A stretch of 32,000 nucleotides of DNA, taken from contig NZ_CP042905.2 in NCBI RefSeq assembly GCF_008000775.2, positions 390,001-422,000 of the forward strand, in the 5' to 3' direction. The notes under the pieces are model-generated. The model was given only the letters and a program-made list of their open reading frames with translations, made no database searches and was not told the DNA's origin. Positions 23,851-32,000 of this stretch are shown one piece after another (positions within the stretch are counted from its first letter, which is position 1; the number at the start of each line of letters is the position of its first letter). The position numbers and the translations under genes are program-made. The stretch is from Promethearchaeum syntrophicum (GTDB lineage: Archaea; Asgardarchaeota; Lokiarchaeia; Sigyniarchaeales; Promethearchaeaceae).

Positions 23851-26800
23851 CAATTAGTCAGTCCTGGTTCATTTAATAGGAATATTTCTCGCAATTCTTC
23901 AGTAGAAAGATCAGTAATCCAATTTTCTCCAGCCGAACTTAAAATTTTATCTGCAAGATTACGTTTTTCTTCAAGCATTTTGTCAATTCTCTCTTCGATA
24001 GTTCCAAGTGCTATGAATTTGTACACATTCACATTTTTCTCTTGCCCAATTCGATATGCCCGATCAGTTGCTTGGTCCTCAACTGCAGGATTCCACCATC
24101 TATCAAAATGAAATACTGTAGATGCTTGAGTTAAATTAAGTCCTGTTCCTCCGGCTTTCAGTGATAATATCAGTATCGGCGAACTATCCAAATCTTGAGA
24201 TTGAAATTCATCTACAAGTTCCCTACGTTTCTTTTCAGGAACTCCTCCATGAAACCAACCTATATTAAACAAATATTTCTTTTCAAGAAAGTATTTTAAT
24301 AGATCTCCCATTTGTTTGAATTGAGTAAATATCAAAATTTTTTCACCATCTTCTAATATTTCATTAACCATTTCAAGTAAGCGTTCAAATTTCACAGATG
24401 ATTTAATAAAATCATCAAAATTATAATTAGGTGTACTTTCAATTTTTGATGAATTTATGTGTAGAAATTGGTAAGGATGATTGCATATTTGTTTAGTTTG
24501 TGTTAGAAGACGTAAAACTAATCCTCTTCTCTTTGATTCGTGAAATTCTAAATTTTCTATCTCTTTTAATGTAGAATTTACAGTTCTTTTGTATAATTCT
24601 GATTGTTTTTCACTCAATTCTAAGAAAATCTTGATTTCATTCTTTTCAGGCAGATCTTGAATTATTTCTTTGTCAGTTTTTAACCTCCTTAGAATGAAAG
24701 GAGAAATTATGCGTTTCAGTTTATTACTTCCTTCTTCATTGTGAAATCGTTCGATTGGTAGGATAAAATTTTTATAGAAATTTGCCTGGGTACCGAGCAA
24801 ACCAGGATTTAAAAACTCAAATAAGGTCCAAAGTTCAATTAATCGATTTTCAATCGGTGTTCCAGTCATTGCTATACGGTACATGCTTTTTAATCGAAGA
24901 ATTGCTTTTGTTTGTTGTGCTTTATAATTTTTAATATTTTGAGACTCATCCAAGATCACTCCAGTAAATGGAATTGCTTCCAATACTTCAATTTCATTAC
25001 GAACTATCCCATAGGTTGTTAAAATAATTCGATTAGGTATTGTAAATTCTGATAAAGCTTCATTCTCATCTATTCTCTTCTTTCCATGATAGATTAAAAT
25101 ATCAAGAGACGGAGCAAATTTTTGAAGTTCGCGGTGCCAATTAAATAGGACTGATGTGGGACAAACAACAAGAACACTTCCGGTTGAAATTTCGTCGTAT
25201 TTTTCTTTTCGGTGAAGTAGAAACGAAATCACTTCAATAGTTTTTCCCAGTCCCATGTCATCCGCTAAACAAATGCCAAAGTTAAATTCTGTCATATTTG
25301 CCAACCAAACAAGCCCTATTTCTTGATAAGGTCTTAATTCTCCCTTAAATAAGGTTGGTGTTGTAATTTTTTGAAAAGAATCAATTTCAGAAAATTCTGT
25401 TATATATTTCTGGAAATTTCCCTCTAATATAACTTCATAAGTATTTTTAGCATCAGATAGTTGGATATTCTTAGTAATTCCTAAATTTATTGCCTCAGAA
25501 AGCGATAATGTTCCTTTAATTTTTTGTTTTTGTTCAAAAATTGGTCTTAAAGTATTCATATCTTCTTGATCTACTAATACCCATTGATCCCGCCAGAAAA
25601 TGAGTGGTTCCTTAATTTTGGCTAATTCAAGGAATTCTGATTCCGTTAATTTTTGATTTTCTAAGCGAGCTTCCCATTCGAATTCTAAAAATGAATTAAG
25701 ATCAAATAATTTGCTAATATTTCCCCCTGCAAATCCTGATTGTTTATTTTTTTGATTAGATTTTGAATCCCTAATTACCATTCTCGCACTTAAACGTTGT
25801 TGACCTTTAAGTCTGAATTGTTCTGGTAATACAACATTGAAACCAACCTGTCTTAAAAGATATTGTGAATATCTAAGAAGATCCATGACCTCTGTTATAT
25901 CGAGTTTTATCCTATTGGGGTTTTTGACTTCTAAAATTCTTTTTAATGGAGGAAAAAGTTTAACTGCTATTCCCAAAGCTCGTAATATTTCTTCTTGTAA
26001 TCCTTCTTCATCATCACAAACATTTGCAAATTCTTCTTTTTGTGTTACATTCCCATTCCAAACTTCACTTAATGAAATAAAATAATCTAAATCATGTAAC
26101 GGTTGAATATATATTCCTAATACCCAAGCAGATTTTGGAGATTTTGGGTATTCTAATCTAAATGTAAATAACACACCTAGTGCGAAAGAAAATCCTTGAG
26201 TTTGTTGAACCCAATTTTGCAGTATTCCCGGAATTGGAGTGTCGCAAAAACGAGTTATTTCAAAAATACGATTTTTGCCAATACAAGAATTAAGAAAACG
26301 TAAATCCCATGGATTTTTTTCCTCGAGATTACAAGCATTTCCTAATTGATCAAGATCCGAGTTGTATAAGTTTGTAAATTTCTTATGAAAATTTGTACTT
26401 AAAGAATCTCTAATTAAAAAATCTGAAACTTGATTCATATAGTTAGCGAATAAATAAGACGGATGCCAAACTCCTGTTGTTTTAACTCCATTTGGTTTCA
26501 TAGAAATAAAATTTATAGGTAAATTGTAGGAACTCCATGGAGCATTGTTAAGAATTTTTTGAAATCGTTTATGATCTAGTTGAGTTTTAAATATGACATT
26601 CCACATTCCTTCATAATGTTTTAAATCAATTTTTTTAAGCGTAGGGATAAAATTCCCTCTGCTGACTAATTCTAGGGTAAATTTAGTTAAAAAAGCCCAA
26701 GTTTTGATTGAATTTGAATAAGAAATAAAATTTTGACTTCTATCTTGAAGATTTACAATCTGAAGCGGAAAAAGAACGCGTATTGCAGGAGGAATTGGTA

Positions 26801-27098
26801 TAATTTTACCATCAACTAAAGATGTTTGCAACAATGAATCAGATCTTTTATCTTGATTATTAAAATCATCCATTGATAACCTAATTTCACAGGTTAATAG
26901 TTTCTCAGCAGGAATTGAAGGAAAAACTCGATTGATCTCTTGAATTAAATCCATCTTCCTTTTTTTTTTTTCATTTTGAGAGATCCAAAATATAAAAAAC
27001 CCTACATTATTCGGTGGTTTTTTTCCTTTTGAGGTGATTTTGAATTCGGATGCTGAATTTTTCCAATATTTCGGAGAAATAAAAGTTAGTTGCAACAT
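23850..27098 (-). CDS. SNF2-family DNA-dependent ATPase with a long N-terminal helicase-associated region
   Basis: The helicase motifs are LADDMGLGKT (I), ILDESQNIKN (II), MTGTPIENRL (III), LKAGGTGLNLT (V) and FDRWWNPAVEDQATDRAYRIGQ (VI). The ~570-aa N-terminal region is as in prokaryotic SNF2 proteins that pair with SWIM proteins. Confidence 0.92.
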   Translation of the reverse strand: MLQLTFISPKYWKNSASEFKITSKGKKPPNNVGFFIFWISQNEKKKRKMDLIQEINRVFPSIPAEKLLTCEIRLSMDDFNNQDKRSDSLLQTSLVDGKIIPIPPAIRVLFPLQIVNLQDRSQNFISYSNSIKTWAFLTKFTLELVSRGNFIPTLKKIDLKHYEGMWNVIFKTQLDHKRFQKILNNAPWSSYNLPINFISMKPNGVKTTGVWHPSYLFANYMNQVSDFLIRDSLSTNFHKKFTNLYNSDLDQLGNACNLEEKNPWDLRFLNSCIGKNRIFEITRFCDTPIPGILQNWVQQTQGFSFALGVLFTFRLEYPKSPKSAWVLGIYIQPLHDLDYFISLSEVWNGNVTQKEEFANVCDDEEGLQEEILRALGIAVKLFPPLKRILEVKNPNRIKLDITEVMDLLRYSQYLLRQVGFNVVLPEQFRLKGQQRLSARMVIRDSKSNQKNKQSGFAGGNISKLFDLNSFLEFEWEARLENQKLTESEFLELAKIKEPLIFWRDQWVLVDQEDMNTLRPIFEQKQKIKGTLSLSEAINLGITKNIQLSDAKNTYEVILEGNFQKYITEFSEIDSFQKITTPTLFKGELRPYQEIGLVWLANMTEFNFGICLADDMGLGKTIEVISFLLHRKEKYDEISTGSVLVVCPTSVLFNWHRELQKFAPSLDILIYHGKKRIDENEALSEFTIPNRIILTTYGIVRNEIEVLEAIPFTGVILDESQNIKNYKAQQTKAILRLKSMYRIAMTGTPIENRLIELWTLFEFLNPGLLGTQANFYKNFILPIERFHNEEGSNKLKRIISPFILRRLKTDKEIIQDLPEKNEIKIFLELSEKQSELYKRTVNSTLKEIENLEFHESKRRGLVLRLLTQTKQICNHPYQFLHINSSKIESTPNYNFDDFIKSSVKFERLLEMVNEILEDGEKILIFTQFKQMGDLLKYFLEKKYLFNIGWFHGGVPEKKRRELVDEFQSQDLDSSPILILSLKAGGTGLNLTQASTVFHFDRWWNPAVEDQATDRAYRIGQEKNVNVYKFIALGTIEERIDKMLEEKRNLADKILSSAGENWITDLSTEELREIFLLNEPGLTN

Positions 27099-27293
27099 AA
27101 TTTACGAGATCAACAAAAATCAGTTAATAGAAATAATAATATTATAAATTAATAAACCTTCATAAAGTATCCAATTTTGGAATAAAAAAAGTGAAAAATC
27201 GTAAATTTTTCAAAAAATAATTACAAATAGTTTTATCATCATCATCTCTCTAACCTATATGAGCAACAATTAAAATTTTAAGAGGATTGACAT

Positions 27294-28209
27294 ATGAAAT
27301 TTATGACAAATAAATTTATATTCTTCTTCTTCTTTGCACTAATAAACGCTAGTATTTTTATTTCAGAAACAAAAAATGCAAGCTTTTTACTGTTTCCGAA
27401 GATATTTATGAAGAAAATGATGATTTTGTCCAAGCCCAAGGACATGAAATTTTTCCAAATTACTACCATGATCTTGTAAATAATGATACAGATATCTATA
27501 AGATTTATTTTGACAAAGGTTTTTTTTTATAGATATTTTTAATACGACCCGTCTCTGGGTTCAATTGTTTAGTGATATTTTTTCATATATCACAGATTTT
27601 ATTATCGAAGAATCTCATCTAAGCCTTGATTGGGATCTATCCTATAGTGGGGTTTATTATATATGTGTGTCTGGTCTTAATTTTGGTGATTTTTATGATA
27701 TGGATATTCGGATAGCTGGTTTACCTGATGATTGGGCTGAACCAAATGATTATTATTATGAGGCGAAGCATTTAGATCTTGGATATCATGGTGGAATGGT
27801 TCAAAATGATGATGATTTCTTTATATTTAGTCTTGCAGAAGGTTAAACTAGAACATTTTATGTTACGTGTAATCATAATATACAATTATGGTTAGATGGA
27901 ATTTCTACTGATGATGGATCTATTTATGATTCATTTTTTCCAACAGATGGGAAATTTGTATGGCGCATTCATGCAGTTATTGACATAGATATAATATTTG
28001 CTGTAAAAGACGATAATCAAGGAAATTAGTACGATTTACGATTAGAAAACAATACTCGAGAAGATAATAATGGTGGTGGTAGTAGTAATACTGATCCATT
28101 CGCTGATATTCCAGGATTTCCAATTGAGATCGTTGGTATAATATTTGGAATGTCATCAATTGCTGTAATTTTATCTGTAAATAAAAATAAAACACTAATT
28201 TACAATTAA
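27294..28209 (+). pseudogene. Decayed gene for a secreted PGF-CTERM-anchored protein with two PPC-like (pre-peptidase C-terminal) domains
   Basis: It has a signal peptide (MKFMTNKFIFFFFFALINASIF). PPC-like blocks are YEENDDFVQAQ...NNDTDIYKIYFDKG and AEPNDYYYEAKHL...NDDDFFIFSLAEG. The C-terminus has a GGGSSNT linker, then PGF (28111-28119), a TM and a basic end. The reading frame needs two -1 corrections (A6 run 27371-27376, T9 run 27520-27528). It also needs read-through of TAA 27844-27846 and TAG 28027-28029. Confidence 0.7.
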
Positions 28210-28273
28210 CCTTTAAGATTTTTATTACTTTTTTCTTGTTTTATTGCTTTTTCTCCTGTTCTTCAATATTTTC

Positions 28274-29476
28274 CTAAATTTCTTTAGAATTTTTCTTTTT
28301 CTTAGGTTTTCTTGGATTTATCACATCTTTTTGTTTCTTTTTTTCGGTTCTTTCTTTCGCTTTTAATTTCTTCTGATTAGCTTTTTCTTCTTTAAAAATA
28401 ATTTTTAAAATTCTGCTATCTTCTTGATTAATAATAAATTTTGAGCGATTTAATTCATACTTTTTTAGGAATTCATCAATATTTTTCTTATTAACCGTAT
28501 CTTCTTTGGGATTTTTTTTCCGAGGATTTTCATATTTGATATTAACTCGAATAATCCAATCCTCTAAAAATTTATAGAATTCGCGTAAATCACTGCGTAA
28601 TTGACTTGTTTTACCTTCAAACTGGGGATTATTCTTAAATTTTACATCTAAAACCTCATTGAACTTCAAAAAAGCATTACTATAATCTATAATATGGTTA
28701 AAATAAGCATTTGATTCAAATTTAAAGAGAATTTCACGAAATTCTTTAATCCAGTTTTTTAAAAGGGTTCTCTCTTCATTCAATGTTAGATCTTTTTGGA
28801 ATTTTTTCTCCTTGTTTTCAGTAACATTCTTTCTGTAATTTTTAATTTTTAATTTATTTTCTTCAAGTTTATCAGGATGAAATTTGCTTTGTGCCCATTT
28901 TTCGACTTTTTGAACAGGAGTACTAATTTTTAATCTTTCAATGTATGAATGGACATCTAAATTTAGAAAAATTTGTTTATCTTGTTTTTTATCCAATTTT
29001 ATTTTTTCTTTTTCTTCCTTTTTTTGTTGTTTAGCCAATTTTATTTCATTTTCTTCTTGTTGAAGTGATTTATATTGAGATTTCAAAGATTGGAGAATGA
29101 AATCCAAATTTTCTCCTAAAATCTCATGCTCTACTCTAAATTTCTCTGGATTGTTAAACCCATATTTTATTTTCATGCTGGTAACCAATCTACTTATTTC
29201 GCGATCTCGCATTCTAACATCTGAAAGAAAATTGAACATTTTCTTATAATCAGGGGTATTTCCAATAGAATCACATATTTTTTGAAATCTTTTACCAATA
29301 TTAATGACATTTAGCAATTGTGTAGAGTCATCAAGAGCGTGAATTTCAGCTAAAACGCTTGTTTTGACATAATTATTAAATAATTTAATTAATTCTCTTT
29401 CAATTTTTGCGGATTTTAATTCTAACTCCTTTTGCCTTACTATTCTACTTAGATTTGATTTTGTTTTTCTAAACAT
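28274..29476 (-). CDS. Hypothetical Lys/Glu-rich coiled-coil protein with a highly basic C-terminal tail
   Basis: It is a long ORF with strong K/E/N bias. It has a central KLAKQQKKEEKEKIKLDKKQDK stretch and a C-terminal KAKERTEKKKQKDVINPRKPKKKKNSKEI tail. The track start at 29494 is a TTG, so I use the ATG at 29476 (MFRKTK). Confidence 0.6.
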   Translation of the reverse strand: MFRKTKSNLSRIVRQKELELKSAKIERELIKLFNNYVKTSVLAEIHALDDSTQLLNVINIGKRFQKICDSIGNTPDYKKMFNFLSDVRMRDREISRLVTSMKIKYGFNNPEKFRVEHEILGENLDFILQSLKSQYKSLQQEENEIKLAKQQKKEEKEKIKLDKKQDKQIFLNLDVHSYIERLKISTPVQKVEKWAQSKFHPDKLEENKLKIKNYRKNVTENKEKKFQKDLTLNEERTLLKNWIKEFREILFKFESNAYFNHIIDYSNAFLKFNEVLDVKFKNNPQFEGKTSQLRSDLREFYKFLEDWIIRVNIKYENPRKKNPKEDTVNKKNIDEFLKKYELNRSKFIINQEDSRILKIIFKEEKANQKKLKAKERTEKKKQKDVINPRKPKKKKNSKEI

Positions 29477-29580
29477 TAATTTTTCAGTTCCCAAAAATCA
29501 TAGTTCATTTCTCAAAATAGATGTTATCATAAAAAGCTCTAAACGATTCTAAATAGCGGAAATTCTAAATTAAGAAATTT

Positions 29581-29633
29581 TTTACATGAAAAACGAATTA
29601 AGATAAAAAAATTTTAATTACTTTTACATGAAA
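29581..29633. promoter_or_regulatory. Two copies of tttacatgaaa spaced 42 nt apart in a divergent intergenic region
   Basis: The exact 11-mer occurs at 29581-29591 and 29623-29633, within the 306-nt spacer between the divergent coiled-coil and radical-SAM genes. Function is unknown. Confidence 0.35.
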
Positions 29634-29782
29634 TATATAAAAAATGCTTGAATCAATAAAATCACTAAAGTTAGTCTCTTTTTTTTTAATATTATAAAGT
29701 AATTTTTATTGGATGAATTACTTATTTAATCCAATTTAGCGCGACAATAATCGCTTAAAAAAAAATAGGTGTGAATCAGAAA

Positions 29783-31531
29783 ATGAACCAAGCATCTGAT
29801 ATATTACGAAAAACGACTTCTATATGCCCAGAATGTATGGAACCAATAGAAGCAGAAATATTCATTGATAAAGAAAAAAATTGGGTTATGATGCGCAAGC
29901 ATTGTGAAAAACACGGAGATTTCTTAGATAAAATCTCTGTGGATCCGGAATATTACATCTGGAAAAATCATTATGCTGAAGATCTAGATAGTGTTATGGA
30001 AACAACCCCTATTAATAGTAATTTACTGCCAATTAAAAAAGGATGTCCCTACGATTGTGGATTATGCACCCATCATCAATCTGCTGCCAACCTCATGATT
30101 ATCGACATCACAAACCGATGTAATTTAAATTGCCCCATTTGTTTTGCGAATGCTAATCGACAAGGACAAATAGTGGAATATACCTATGAAGAAGTGGTTC
30201 AAATTATGAAGCATTTCATAAAACAACGCCCTTATCATGCAGCTATTGCTCAATTTTCGGGTGGGGAACCGACACTTCATCCTCGGATTATTGATATATT
30301 GAAAGCAGCAAAAGATTTGGGATTTCCACATCGTATGCTTAATACTAACGGAATAAGAATGGCCAAAAGTCTCGATTTTTGCCGACAATTAAAAGAAGCA
30401 GATTGTGGAGCGATCTACCTTTCATATGATGGGGAGAATCCAGAAACATATAAAAAAATCCGTGGAATGGATTTATCAAAGTTAAAAAAGAAAGTAATCG
30501 AAAATTGTAGAGAAGTAGGACTTGACGGTATAATGCTCGTGTGCACGGTTGCCAAAGGAGTAAATGACAACGAAATTAAGCACATTCTAGAATTTGCACG
30601 AGACAATAATGATATTATTGCTGGTATTGTTTTTCAACCAGTTTCACTCTGCGGGCGCATTACCTTAGAGGATTTAATGAACCTTAGATATACAAGTAGT
30701 GATTTAACTATTGAGATAAGAAAAGTTACAAATGGAATTGTAGATAAATTTTATCCTCTTGCTGCTTCAAGTAAATTAACTCAATTACTTACATGGTTTT
30801 CCGATCTTCCTGGATGGGCTATATCTGCTCATAATGACTGTGGGTTTGCCACTTTAGTTCCAATTGGAAAAGATAACGAATGGCAAAATCTAGAAGATTA
30901 TGTTGATGTTGAAGAATTAATAAAATTTACAAATTCTGTTTGGGATATGATTCAAAAACGAGATATTCCTCAACCCTCAAAATTCTTCTCAAGCTTACGA
31001 GGAACGGTAGAAAAATTAGGATTCGCGAAAGCTTTTGATGTTTTAAATGAATTTAATGATAAAATATCAGATCTTGCATATAGAAATGCAATGAAAGCAT
31101 ATTATATTGCAGGAGCTGCTAAATATGTTAAAAACTTTGAACTAAAAAAGCTTGTTGAAGATCCCATTTATAAAAGTGTTACTAAATTATTATTAAATCC
31201 TAAATTAGAAAACTCAAAGAATGTTCTTCAAAACAAATTAATGTTCGTTGGTTCAATGCATTTTCAAGATGCATATGATTTAGATATCGCAAGATTGCAA
31301 AAATGTGTGGTGCATTACGGGGTTATTGATCCTGATGATCCAGAACATAAACGAGTTCTACAAATACCATTTTGCACTTTCAATACGATTCATCGGGAAG
31401 GAATTGAAAAAAAATGGGCTGAAACACACGCGAAACCTTTAGAAAAAACTCCAGACCAACATGCAAAAGATATTCGACTCCTAACTGAAAGTATATCTTT
31501 AAAGAAAAACAGCGATAGTATTGTTGAATAA
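29783..31531 (+). CDS. Radical SAM enzyme of the COG1964 / tetraether-lipid-synthase (Tes, GDGT-MAS)-like type
   Basis: It has the radical-SAM cluster motif NRCNLNCPICFANA. It has an N-terminal rubredoxin-like CPEC...CEKHG. A second Cys motif GCPYDCGLCTHHQ lies just upstream of the SAM cluster. A SAM-binding GGEPTLHP is present. The ATG at 29783 is preceded by AGGTG; the GTG at 29771 is the alternative. Confidence 0.8.
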   Translation: MNQASDILRKTTSICPECMEPIEAEIFIDKEKNWVMMRKHCEKHGDFLDKISVDPEYYIWKNHYAEDLDSVMETTPINSNLLPIKKGCPYDCGLCTHHQSAANLMIIDITNRCNLNCPICFANANRQGQIVEYTYEEVVQIMKHFIKQRPYHAAIAQFSGGEPTLHPRIIDILKAAKDLGFPHRMLNTNGIRMAKSLDFCRQLKEADCGAIYLSYDGENPETYKKIRGMDLSKLKKKVIENCREVGLDGIMLVCTVAKGVNDNEIKHILEFARDNNDIIAGIVFQPVSLCGRITLEDLMNLRYTSSDLTIEIRKVTNGIVDKFYPLAASSKLTQLLTWFSDLPGWAISAHNDCGFATLVPIGKDNEWQNLEDYVDVEELIKFTNSVWDMIQKRDIPQPSKFFSSLRGTVEKLGFAKAFDVLNEFNDKISDLAYRNAMKAYYIAGAAKYVKNFELKKLVEDPIYKSVTKLLLNPKLENSKNVLQNKLMFVGSMHFQDAYDLDIARLQKCVVHYGVIDPDDPEHKRVLQIPFCTFNTIHREGIEKKWAETHAKPLEKTPDQHAKDIRLLTESISLKKNSDSIVE

Positions 31532-31560
31532 TAATTCGTTATGAAATCAGACGGCATCTT

Positions 31561-31960
31561 GTGACCCTTTCTCACCGCATCTACTCGATTGATGCTGTCA
31601 CTAACTTATAGTGACCTTTTTTCATTTCTTCTCCGATATTTTCAGACATAATCCGATTTACTAATTAATAATGACATCCCCACGGTAAGTTGCACTACAT
31701 CACTATATACTGACTTCAAACTATAACATAGTAAAAAATTTCGACTCAATCCGTGAGTAAACGGACAATAAAAGAAATAAGACGCCACCACTGACCACCG
31801 AGGGAGGAGGGGAGCTAAATCGAGTGGACATGTTCACTCATATTGCCCTTGTTATTATAGATTGGAGGTATAAAGGAGGATTAGTGGTTTATTTTTGTGG
31901 TTATACCGTTTGAGGTGAATCCCTAAGGAATTAAGGGTCACCAGTCCCGTAGGAGGGAGG
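31561..31960. other. ORF-free block with elevated G+C and clustered GGAGG motifs; candidate structured ncRNA or element terminus, identity unknown
   Basis: There is no ORF of 60 aa or more on either strand. By hand count, sub-blocks reach 43-47% G+C against a background near 30%. GGAGG or GGGAGG occurs at least 5 times (31802-31810, 31864-31868, 31875-31879, 31952-31960). Nested long-range complementarity exists between 31561-31569 and 31933-31941, and between 31580-31590 and 31818-31828. Confidence 0.3.
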
Positions 31961-32000
31961 AATTATGATATTTTTATTTTCAGTACAAACATTTTTATAG

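Noticed and set aside
27844-28029. The in-frame TAA and TAG in the PGF-CTERM gene as evidence of stop-codon reassignment or programmed read-through.
   Set aside because: TAA and TAG terminate neighbouring well-supported genes at the expected positions. For example TAG ends secY, and TAA ends the amidohydrolase and M24 peptidase genes. The same gene also carries two frameshifts, so decay is the simpler explanation.
113-31575. About 25 short (60-100 aa) ORFs in the supplied track lie antisense to or nested within the long genes. Examples are 113-295, 3993-4193, 5309-5518, 7090-7293, 7454-7651, 9948-10199, 10393-10701, 11715-12011, 12546-12746, 13389-13679, 17512-17730, 18544-18744, 19767-19961, 21175-21366, 22592-22817, 22823-23165, 25837-26085, 27278-27469, 27977-28195, 30125-30606 and 31390-31575.
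   Set aside because: Each is fully overlapped by a longer ORF carrying clear family motifs. Their sequences are low-complexity, F/I/L/S/K/N-rich shadow frames as expected in AT-rich DNA. None shows a recognisable motif.
31561-31941. The 9-bp inverted repeat gtgaccctt/aagggtcac as the terminal inverted repeats of a MITE-like element.
   Set aside because: The repeat is only 9 bp and does not extend inward or outward. There is no flanking target-site duplication (flanks are gcatctt and cagtccc), and no second copy lies in the window. A chance occurrence is plausible.
1-32000. I looked for CRISPR arrays, tRNA T-arm/GTTCRANYC signatures, rRNA starts, transposase/integrase genes and long direct or inverted repeats.
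   Set aside because: I saw no regularly spaced repeats, no convincing T-loop plus acceptor pattern and no recombinase-like ORF. A proper tRNAscan/Infernal/CRISPR-finder run is still needed to confirm their absence.

Overview
This is an AT-rich (roughly 30-33% G+C by eye), densely coding chromosomal segment of clear archaeal character. It carries a Sec61alpha-type SecY, an archaeal/eukaryotic-type TrpRS, Pus10, a DUF106/EMC3-like insertase homologue and a PGF-CTERM sorting signal. Bacterial-type UvrC, a SWIM+SNF2 pair and a longin+V4R (TRAPP-like) protein would fit an Asgard/Lokiarchaeia-like genome, but that lineage guess is inference only. I call 25 apparently intact protein genes (one cut by the window edge), 2 decayed genes and one ORF-free, G+C-elevated segment at the right edge. 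I recognised no rRNA, tRNA, CRISPR array, IS element or integrase. Several ORF-track starts are TTG or GTG, so I moved starts to nearby ATG codons where that removed implausible overlaps. The most interesting items are: (1) a ubiquitin-like sulfur-relay toolkit (a JAMM protease with an RWD/UBC-like N-domain, a TtuA/NcsA thiolase and an E1-like ThiF/MoeB) with no beta-grasp carrier gene in sight; (2) one polypeptide joining a longin (Bet5-like) domain to a V4R/Bet3-like domain, next to tandem 3-TM paralogues; (3) a 900-aa HEAT-repeat protein ending in a carbon-nitrogen-hydrolase-like domain without the nucleophile Cys; (4) a surface-protein pseudogene (signal peptide, 2 PPC-like domains, PGF-CTERM) with four separate lesions; (5) an internally deleted methyltransferase relic with a tandem duplication at the junction; (6) a roughly 400-nt GGAGG-rich non-coding block at 31.56-31.96 kb. 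All homology statements rest on motif recognition by eye. No searches were run.
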